DNA of 32,000 nt from Geotalea daltonii FRC-32. Lineage in GTDB: Bacteria > Desulfobacterota > Desulfuromonadia > Geobacterales > Geobacteraceae. The notes beneath the pieces are model-generated. The model ran no database searches and was not told the DNA's origin. It saw only the letters and a list, made by a program, of their open reading frames with translations. The stretch's first letter is position 1; each line of letters opens with the position of its first letter. Shown here piece after piece: positions 6,819 through 13,483 of the stretch. The position numbers and the translations under genes are program-made. The stretch spans positions 1,140,001 through 1,172,000 of the forward strand of contig NC_011979.1 in NCBI RefSeq assembly GCF_000022265.1. The letters are read 5' to 3'.

Positions 6819-7787
6819 ATGCCACGCCAACCACGTCTTGACATACCCGACGTCCTCCATCACATCATTGTTCGCGGGATCGAACGCCGTGACATTTTCG
6901 CTGAAGATGCTGACAAGGAACGTTTTGTGGCAAGCCTTTCTGCCCTGCTCACGAAAAGCGCCACCAAGTGTTATGCTTGGGCGCTCATGTCAAACCATTT
7001 ACATCTGCTTCTCATGCCGACCAGAGTTTCTCTTGCTGAAACCATGCGCCGTCTGCTGACCGATTATGCCGTTTACTTTAATCGCAAATATCAGCGCTGC
7101 GGCCATCTGTTCCAGAACCGCTACAAGTCCATACTCTGCGAGGAGGATCCTTACTTTCTCGAACTTGTGCGCTATATCCATTTGAACCCGCTACGAGCGG
7201 GCATGGTTTCCGATATGAATGAACTGGGAAGCTACCCGTGGAGTGGCCATGCAGTATTACTCGGTAAGCGGGCCATGGAAGGTCAGGAGACGGACGAGGT
7301 ACTGACACGTTTTGGAAATACCAGGGCACGCGCAGTTCGTGGCTATTGGCAGTTCGTCGCCGATGGAATTACCACAGGACATCGCCAGGATCTGGTCGGG
7401 GGCGGACTTAAGCGCAGCCAGCCCGATTGCATGGAGATCAAAGAAATAGCCGCCTTTGATGAGCGAATCCTTGGCAGTGGCGGGTTTGTGGAAAAGTTGA
7501 CCCAGGGGGCCAGCGTGGTGGAGAAGAATAAACCACGTCTTGCCTTGGTTGAATTGCTAGACAGAGTCTGTGCCGTGACCGGAGTGGTTGCAGACCGAAT
7601 GCAGTGTCCCGGCAAAGAGCGCGCCGTAGCACGGGCAAAAGCTATCTTCTGCTACTTGGCAGTACGTGAGTATGGCTATACGGGCACAGAGGCCGGGAAG
7701 GTCGTAGGGATCGGCTCGGCAGGCGCGTCTATAGCGGCCAGACGGGGAGCGGAGTTATTGAAGAGTTACCCGGAGCTGGGGATATAA
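6819..7787 (+). CDS. RAYT-like HUH (Y1, IS200-like) transposase fused to a DnaA-domain-IV-like HTH (paralog 2)
   Basis: The sequence MPRQPRLDIPDVLHHIIVRGIERRDIF leads into HUH motif NHLHLLL, GHLFQNRYK and the Tyr motif RYIHLNP. The C-terminal ARAKAIFCYLAVREYGYTGTEAGKVVGIGSAGASIAARRG is DnaA-C-like. Confidence 0.8.
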   Translation: MPRQPRLDIPDVLHHIIVRGIERRDIFAEDADKERFVASLSALLTKSATKCYAWALMSNHLHLLLMPTRVSLAETMRRLLTDYAVYFNRKYQRCGHLFQNRYKSILCEEDPYFLELVRYIHLNPLRAGMVSDMNELGSYPWSGHAVLLGKRAMEGQETDEVLTRFGNTRARAVRGYWQFVADGITTGHRQDLVGGGLKRSQPDCMEIKEIAAFDERILGSGGFVEKLTQGASVVEKNKPRLALVELLDRVCAVTGVVADRMQCPGKERAVARAKAIFCYLAVREYGYTGTEAGKVVGIGSAGASIAARRGAELLKSYPELGI

Positions 7788-7801
7788 AATTGAAGGGGAG
7801 G

Positions 7802-7832
7802 CAGTTAGTTGATTAGCTAACAACGTCCCTCC
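7802..7832 (-). repeat. Right inverted repeat of the family-2 RAYT-like element
   Basis: cagttagttgattagctaacaacgtccctcc has the reverse complement ggagggacgttgttagctaatcaactaactg, which matches the left repeat at 6757-6786 imperfectly. Confidence 0.65.
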
Positions 7833-7984
7833 CAAGGACCCTCCCAAGGACCCTCCCAAGGACCAACAACGTCCCTCCCAAGGACCCTCCCAAGGACCTC
7901 CCTCCCAAGGACCCTCCCAAGGACCCTCCCAAGGACCCTCCCAAGGACCCTCCCAAGGACCCTCCCAAGGACCCTCCCAAGGAC
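7828..7984 (+). repeat. Tandem array of the 12-bp unit cctcccaaggac: 12 units in blocks of 3+2+7, interrupted by caacaacgtc and ctc
   Basis: Units were counted by hand. The first unit is the outer end of the right inverted repeat. The paralogous copy at 2838-2850 carries a single unit. Confidence 0.95.
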
Positions 7985-8032
7985 CCCAATCAGCCACTTT
8001 CCCAAATCGGTATCAATGATTTCTCGGGATAT

Positions 8033-8190
8033 GTGTCCCCACGTTGTTAAAAATGGAATGCGGTGATCCGAATGTGAAATTAGGCTTGGCGGCTCCTCGG
8101 AAAGGCCCAGTTAGGCTTACGTCGCCGCGCCTTGCCGGGAACCGAAATCCCTCGAAATTCTGGCAGAGAACTAACCTTAGAGGGCACTAG
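8033..8190 (+). repeat. Diverged copy of MITE-like family A (see 14868-15033 and 28307-28472)
   Basis: The right half cgtcgccgcgccttgccgggaaccgaaatccctcgaaattctggcagagaactaaccttagagggcactag is roughly 80 percent identical by eye to 28408-28472. The left half is more diverged, so the left boundary is approximate. Confidence 0.6.
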
Positions 8191-8717
8191 AAGTCAACTT
8201 CGACCTGCAGAACATCCAGGAATTTGTTGAAGGCTGTAAAGAGTTCCATGACGCCAAGTGCTTCAATTATCTCGGCATCGATAGCGCCTGTTTGCTTGAG
8301 CGCAGCAAACTCTTCATCGGGAACTCGCAATGGAGTGGTGTTTGCTTTCCGGGCAAAGGATATCAGTGCCCGTTCCTTGGTAGTGAAATTCGCCTGCTCC
8401 AGGTCTTCTTCAATTGATCTTATCTCTTCCTCAGACACTCCAATTGCCCGCAACGCTCCCGTGTGAGCCGCGACACAGTAAGCACAGCCATTATCTCGTG
8501 AAACCAGAACGGCAATGGCCTGTTTGGTCTTCTGGCTTAACGTTCCCTCTCCCATTACCGCCTTTACCTTGTTCCAGTTGGCCTTGAGTAACGGCAGGTG
8601 ATTGGCATAGGTGAGAAAGAGGTTCGGGACTTTCCCGAATGCACCTTCTATCTCGGCGAAAACTTCTTTTACTTCTTTTGTGGCTGTCGTTACGTCATAG
8701 GTTGCTATCCTGGCCAT
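8187..8717 (-). CDS. Carboxymuconolactone decarboxylase / AhpD-like family protein
   Basis: The CxxC active-site context DNGCAYCVAAHTGAL is typical of AhpD-core proteins. The ATG at 8717 (MARIATYD) has ggagg 9 nt upstream. An alternative ATG at 8732 would add 5 aa. Confidence 0.8.
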   Translation of the reverse strand: MARIATYDVTTATKEVKEVFAEIEGAFGKVPNLFLTYANHLPLLKANWNKVKAVMGEGTLSQKTKQAIAVLVSRDNGCAYCVAAHTGALRAIGVSEEEIRSIEEDLEQANFTTKERALISFARKANTTPLRVPDEEFAALKQTGAIDAEIIEALGVMELFTAFNKFLDVLQVEVDF

Positions 8718-8760
8718 TTTCTTGTCCTCCATTTCTGAATAGTGTACCCAGTCTCTCTGT

Positions 8761-8905
8761 TCAAGTTCGCAAATCTAGAGTGATTCGTAATGTCTCAATA
8801 CACTCTTTCATCGGCCGCTCATCCTTTTTGAGCCGGGACATCATGATGCCACCCTCTATAGTTGCGATGATGTGTTTTGCCAAAGCTTCACTACGGCGGA
8901 TGAAG
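8761..8905 (-). pseudogene. Possible C-terminal remnant of a TetR-family regulator
   Basis: The minus-strand frame reads FIRRSEALAKHIIATIEGGIMMSRLKKDERPMKECIETLRITLDLRT*, which resembles the last helices of TetR-type ligand domains. No HTH-encoding part lies upstream. It is adjacent to an AhpD-like gene, a common TetR partner. Confidence 0.3.
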
Positions 8906-8971
8906 GGGGGCAGTATTCGACCCACCCCTTTCTTTTTTGTTGTTGATGCAATATAGTTCCCGATGCCAGCA

Positions 8972-9037
8972 GTCTGTCGGACTTAGGAATGAATCTGCTG
9001 CTATCCTCTTGCTGCGATCCCCTAAGTCACTCCTAGC
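8972..9037 (+). repeat. Internally deleted copy of MITE-like family B (full copy at 9760-9925)
   Basis: agtctgtcggacttag-gaatgaatctgctgc ... gcgatcccctaagtcactcctag shares both termini and the first internal block with the full element. Confidence 0.7.
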
Positions 9038-9055
9038 CGAAAGGAAACCAAGCAT

Positions 9056-9757
9056 ATGAGCCGAACCCTTATTAGTATGATTGAGCAGATGGAGCCGGGA
9101 GTGGTAATCCTCAACGATGATCTGACGGTCTCTTCCGTGAGCAGCATGATTTTCCTGATTTTCGGTCATATCCCTCGCGAGCGGGTCTTTGCTGGAGACC
9201 TCCTGGGCATTCACAGTGAGGAGGCACGCGCCAAGGTAAAGGAGATGTTGCGGCTGGCACGCCAGGCACAGAGGCATATTCCGCTCTCGCTCAAATTTGT
9301 CACCAGTGAAGGCCAGGACCGATACCTGCTGATCAAGCTGATAACTATTGTAGGCCGTGAATCCTCCGACGACAAGACCTGCGCCCTGTTTTACGATATA
9401 ACCCCCTTCACCCTGGCTGAGCGCAAACTTACCAGGGTGCCGGTCACTTCCCGTGGTGAGATCCATCTCCTCAAGCCGGAAGAGATCGTTTACCTCAAGG
9501 CTGACAATATCTATTCCATGATCTGTACCGAATCGGGCGAATACCATAGCGACCTGTCCATCGGCGCCATTGAAAAACGCCTTCCCGGCGAAATGTTTTT
9601 CCGCATTCACCGCAGTTTCCTTGTCAATATCACCAGAATCCGCAAGGTTCATCGCGAGCGCCACGAATGCACTGTGGAAGCCGGAGGAGGCGAGGTGCGC
9701 CTGCCGGTCAGCCGCGACAAGCTGCAAGGTTTTCTGGTGGAAATGGGTCTTAAATAA
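9056..9757 (+). CDS. rcoM: RcoM-type single-component regulator: N-terminal PAS-like sensor plus C-terminal LytTR DNA-binding domain
   Basis: The LytTR signature is IHLLKPEEIVYLKADNIYSMI...FFRIHRSFLVNITRI. The N-terminal ~115 aa are PAS-like. The gene sits immediately upstream of, and in the same direction as, cooS, the arrangement described for RcoM. Confidence 0.75.
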   Translation: MSRTLISMIEQMEPGVVILNDDLTVSSVSSMIFLIFGHIPRERVFAGDLLGIHSEEARAKVKEMLRLARQAQRHIPLSLKFVTSEGQDRYLLIKLITIVGRESSDDKTCALFYDITPFTLAERKLTRVPVTSRGEIHLLKPEEIVYLKADNIYSMICTESGEYHSDLSIGAIEKRLPGEMFFRIHRSFLVNITRIRKVHRERHECTVEAGGGEVRLPVSRDKLQGFLVEMGLK

Positions 9758-9759
9758 CC

Positions 9760-9925
9760 CTAGGAGTCTGTCGGACTTAGAATGAATCGGCTGCGAAAAT
9801 GGCAAATCGGTCCGGATCTCCGTAAATTTTCGACAAATAGTCCACTATTCGCTCTCAAATTTCCAAATATCCGTCCTCGATTTTCCATTCTCTCGCTTCG
9901 ATCCCTAAGTCCGACAGACTCCTAG
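9760..9925. mobile_element. MITE-like element family B, 166 bp, with perfect 21-bp terminal inverted repeats
   Basis: ctaggagtctgtcggacttag (9760-9780) is the exact reverse complement of ctaagtccgacagactcctag (9905-9925). There is no coding capacity. Confidence 0.85.
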
Positions 9926-9933
9926 CCCGTACC

Positions 9934-10001
9934 ATTCACTTCATTTTTCCTACCTTCCACAAGCCCGATACCTCTTCCGCAAGATCCCGCTGTTTCACTT
10001 C
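9934..10001 (+). promoter_or_regulatory. Candidate RcoM (LytTR) operator upstream of cooS: four direct TTC(C)RC repeats spaced about 20 bp apart
   Basis: attcacttc (9934), cttccacaag (9954), cttccgcaag (9974) and tttcacttc (9993) place TTC at 9935, 9955, 9975 and 9994. They lie 54-120 bp upstream of the cooS ATG. A possible -10 tatacc lies at 10014. Confidence 0.4.
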
Positions 10002-10054
10002 TTCTCCGTAGCGTATACCTGAAAAATCATTACAACGTTTACGAGGAGGACAGC

Positions 10055-11977
10055 ATGGACGTGGCATACGAGGGTCATGACAAGCGCAGCGCTGATCCGG
10101 CAGCCGTGGAGATGCTGCGGATTGCCGACCGGGAGGGGTATGCAACAATTTGGGAACGCTATGAAAAACAGCAGCCCCAGTGCAGCTACGGCCAGTTGGG
10201 AACCTGCTGCCGGATCTGCTCCATGGGGCCCTGCCGGATCGACCCCTTTGGCGATGGTCCGACCCATGGCGTCTGCGGGGCTACCGCCGATACTATCGTG
10301 GCTCGTAACCTGGCGCGCATGGCTGCCGTCGGCTCTTCTTCCCATTCCGACCATGGCCGTAAGGTGGCCCTGCTGCTCAAGGCAGTGGCAGACGGCAGCA
10401 ATACTGATTACCAGATCAGCGATGAAAAGAAACTATTGGCCGTGGCAACCCGCCTCCACATCCCCATCACCGGTCGCTCATTACCAGGGGTGGCTGCCGA
10501 TGTGGCGGCTGTCGCCCTTGACTGTTTCGGCAATCAAGGCGAAGAGCCGCTGGTTTTCATGGAAAAGTATATGCCCGCCAAACGATTCCAGCGTCTGAAG
10601 GGGCTGGAGGAGACTCTTTACAAAACTACCGGGGCCAAGACCGGCCTTCTGCCCAGGGCTATTGATCGCGAGGCGGTGGATATCCTGCATCGTACCCACT
10701 TCGGCTGTGATCACGATCCTCTTTCCCTGGTGGCGCAGTCCATAAGGTGCTCCCTGTCCGACGGCTGGGGCGGTTCACTCATTGCCACCGAGCTGCAGGA
10801 TATCCTGCTGGGGTCGCCGACAATCAGGCCTGTCAAGGCCAATCTGGGAGTCCTGGAAGCGGAAAGCGTCAATGTCGTTGTCCATGGTCACGAGCCGATC
10901 CTGTCGGCCAAGGTGGGGGAGATGGCCCAGTCGGAGGAGTGTCGCCGGGCGGCTGAGGCTATTGGAGCCAAACGGGTAAACGTGGTGGGGCTCTGCTGTA
11001 CCGGCAACGAGGTATTGCTTCGCCAGGGGGTTGGCATGGCCGGCAACGAATCCCACAGCGAACTTGCTATCATGACTGGGGCGGTGGATGCCATGGTGGT
11101 GGACGTCCAGTGCATCTATCCGGCTCTTGCCGATCTCTCTTCCTGCTTTCACACAAAGTTCATTACCACCAGCGAGCAGGCCAAGATCCCCGGCGCCTTG
11201 CACATCCAGTTCGAGGAGCAACATGCCGACGCAATTGCCACCCGGATCATCAAGACCGCCATCGCCGCCTTTCCCAATCGCAACAAGGCCAGGGTCCATA
11301 TCCCACAACACAGCTCCACTGCCATTGTGGGATTTACGGTGGAGGAGATCCTCAAGGCACTGGGGGGCACTCCCCAGCCCCTCGTCGACCTGATCGTCAA
11401 CGGCACTATCAAGGGGGTCGCGGGGATCGTCGGCTGCAACAACGTGAAGGTGCAACAGGACTTTTTTCACCGGGTATTGACGACGGAACTAATCAAGCGG
11501 GACATCCTGGTAATCGGTACCGGCTGCTGGGCCATTGCCGCCGCCAAGTCCGGGCTGATGGACTTGCCTGCCCAGGATCTGGCGGGGTCGGGCCTGAAAG
11601 CGGTCTGCAAACAGTTGGGAATTCCGCCGGTGCTGCACATGGGATCGTGTGTGGATTGTTCTCGAATGCTCAACCTGGCCGGGGCCATTGCCGACCATCT
11701 CGCGGTGGATATCTCCGACCTGCCGCTGGTAGGTTCGGCACCGGAATGGACCACAGAAAAGGCCGTAGCCATCGGTTCATATTTTGTCGGCTCCGGAATT
11801 CCTGTACATCTCTGGCCTCTGCCGCCAATTCTGGGAGGTCCGGAAGTAACCAGAATACTGACCCAGGATGCCAGGGACTTGCTGGGGGGATGGTTTTTCG
11901 TGGAAGAGGACCCGGTGGCCACAGCCGATCAGATGGAAAAAATCATCATGGAGCGGCGCGGTGCGCTGGGTATATAG
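10055..11977 (+). CDS. cooS: Anaerobic Ni,Fe carbon-monoxide dehydrogenase catalytic subunit
   Basis: The N-terminal Cys cluster is QCSYGQLGTCCRICSMGPCRI. Other conserved blocks include VVHGHEP, CCTGNE, GCNN and GSCVDCSR. A gaggagg RBS is present. Confidence 0.95.
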   Translation: MDVAYEGHDKRSADPAAVEMLRIADREGYATIWERYEKQQPQCSYGQLGTCCRICSMGPCRIDPFGDGPTHGVCGATADTIVARNLARMAAVGSSSHSDHGRKVALLLKAVADGSNTDYQISDEKKLLAVATRLHIPITGRSLPGVAADVAAVALDCFGNQGEEPLVFMEKYMPAKRFQRLKGLEETLYKTTGAKTGLLPRAIDREAVDILHRTHFGCDHDPLSLVAQSIRCSLSDGWGGSLIATELQDILLGSPTIRPVKANLGVLEAESVNVVVHGHEPILSAKVGEMAQSEECRRAAEAIGAKRVNVVGLCCTGNEVLLRQGVGMAGNESHSELAIMTGAVDAMVVDVQCIYPALADLSSCFHTKFITTSEQAKIPGALHIQFEEQHADAIATRIIKTAIAAFPNRNKARVHIPQHSSTAIVGFTVEEILKALGGTPQPLVDLIVNGTIKGVAGIVGCNNVKVQQDFFHRVLTTELIKRDILVIGTGCWAIAAAKSGLMDLPAQDLAGSGLKAVCKQLGIPPVLHMGSCVDCSRMLNLAGAIADHLAVDISDLPLVGSAPEWTTEKAVAIGSYFVGSGIPVHLWPLPPILGGPEVTRILTQDARDLLGGWFFVEEDPVATADQMEKIIMERRGALGI

Positions 11978-11994
11978 AACAGGAGGGAGGTCCC

Positions 11995-12873
11995 ATGTGT
12001 CAACCGCAATCACCCGGGTTTCGAGTTGTTATCACCGGTAAAGGGGGGGTGGGCAAGACCACTCTCACCTCATGTCTGGCCACTGTCCTTGCCAGGAACG
12101 GTATCAATGTCCTGGCGGTGGATGAAGACCCGCAGATCAATCTGCCTAATGCTCTCGGAGTGGGGTTCGAGGCAGCGTCGCGTATTGTGCCACTCAATCG
12201 CCATGCCGACTACATCGAGGAAAAGACCGGCATCCGGCCGGGAAGAAGCGGCTGGGGCGCCATGTTCAAGCTGAATCCCGATGTGGACGACGTGGTAAGC
12301 CGACTCGGCTTGAGGGTGGCCGAGAATCTCAACCTGCTGGTGATGGGTACGGTCAAACAGGCCGGCGGCGGCTGCCTGTGTGCGGAAAACGTCCTCCTGG
12401 ATGCCACCATCCGGCACCTTGCCTTGCGGGGCAACGAGGCTATCCTGCTGGATACCCAGGCTGGGATGGAACATTTTGGCCGGGCACTTGCCAAAGGTTT
12501 CGGTCAATGCGTGGTGGTGGCAGACAGTTCGTACAATGCCCTGAGTGTGGCCAGCCATTCTGCCGCTCTGGCCCGCCAAAGCGGAATTCCGCTGGTCTAC
12601 CTGGTGGTAAACCGGGTTCTTCCCGGGGGTGCCCGACTGGCGCGTTTTCAATTGGAAAGCAGCCAACTGTTCAAGGATATTTTCGATGCCGTGATCGAGC
12701 TACCGGCCGAACCACAATTGGAGGCACTCGATCCCCATGTGGCAAGAATCATGGACTATCACCGGAGTGCATACACTACCGCCGTGACGCGGCTGGCCTC
12801 ACTTTTGAATTCGCCTCCCTGCACCTGTACTGCCGACCACCACCATGGCCACAGCCATCAACACGCCCATTAA
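11995..12873 (+). CDS. cooC: CODH nickel-insertion ATPase CooC with a His-rich C-terminal tail
   Basis: The P-loop is ITGKGGVGKTT and the CXC motif is GGGCLCAEN. The tail reads CTCTADHHHGHSHQHAH. The ATG at 11995 has an aggaggg RBS. The upstream part of ORF 11110-12873 overlaps cooS out of frame and is not used. Confidence 0.9.
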   Translation: MCQPQSPGFRVVITGKGGVGKTTLTSCLATVLARNGINVLAVDEDPQINLPNALGVGFEAASRIVPLNRHADYIEEKTGIRPGRSGWGAMFKLNPDVDDVVSRLGLRVAENLNLLVMGTVKQAGGGCLCAENVLLDATIRHLALRGNEAILLDTQAGMEHFGRALAKGFGQCVVVADSSYNALSVASHSAALARQSGIPLVYLVVNRVLPGGARLARFQLESSQLFKDIFDAVIELPAEPQLEALDPHVARIMDYHRSAYTTAVTRLASLLNSPPCTCTADHHHGHSHQHAH

Positions 12874-12889
12874 TCACGGAGAAGATGCC

Positions 12890-13483
12890 ATGAAAAGGAT
12901 ATTCGTGGATTATAAGAAGTGCCTGGCCTGTAAAGCCTGCGAAACCGCCTGTGCCGTGGAACATCATCCATCCGGCAACCTGTATGCCGCCCTGGGTGAC
13001 CGCAAGACCCAGGTGAACGTTCGGGTGCTGGGTATCGAGCATGAGGCCTTCCCGCTTTCGTGTCGGCATTGTGACCCTGCAGACTGCCTCAATGCCTGTC
13101 CTTCCGGCGCCATCTGCCGTGACCCGGAGAGTGGGGCGGTTGTGCTAGATGCCTCACTGTGCAAGGCCTGCGCCATGTGTGCCATGGTTTGTCCTTTCGA
13201 TGCCATTTCGTTCAAACAGACGCACCGTTCCTGCTATAACCGTGACGTCGCCTACAAATGCGACCTGTGCAACGGACGAATCAAGGCGGGAGACGAACCT
13301 GCCTGCGTGGCTGCCTGCCATTCCGGCGCCCTGGTCTATACCGAGAATGATGCAGCCCGGACGCAACGTGCCTCCCGAAGTCTGCGGAGTTACCTGCTGG
13401 GAGAAGAAGGCCCTCCCCCATTGCTTGAGCTGTTCCGGGAACTGCGCAGGAAAGAATTTGCCCGGCGTCGTGGAGGGCTATGA
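12890..13483 (+). CDS. cooF: CooF-type 4Fe-4S ferredoxin (iron-sulfur electron-transfer subunit)
   Basis: Four Cys clusters are present: CLACKACETAC, CRHCDPADCLNACP, CKACAMCAMVCP and CDLCNGR...CVAACHSGA. Confidence 0.85.
   Translation: MKRIFVDYKKCLACKACETACAVEHHPSGNLYAALGDRKTQVNVRVLGIEHEAFPLSCRHCDPADCLNACPSGAICRDPESGAVVLDASLCKACAMCAMVCPFDAISFKQTHRSCYNRDVAYKCDLCNGRIKAGDEPACVAACHSGALVYTENDAARTQRASRSLRSYLLGEEGPPPLLELFRELRRKEFARRRGGL

Noticed and set aside
7755-8005. Minus-strand ORFs encoding GPWEGPWE... and LGRVLGRV... repeats
   Set aside because: They are simply translations of the 12-bp tandem array. There is no RBS, and they overlap the RAYT-like gene end and the repeat.
8891-9805. 304-aa minus-strand ORF spanning the rcoM region
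   Set aside because: It is antisense to a gene with clear PAS and LytTR motifs and runs through both MITE copies. It has no recognisable motifs.
11110-11994. N-terminal 295 codons of the long ORF 11110-12873
   Set aside because: This part overlaps cooS out of frame with Arg/Pro/Gly-rich low-complexity translation. The CooC homology, P-loop and a good RBS all begin at the ATG at 11995.
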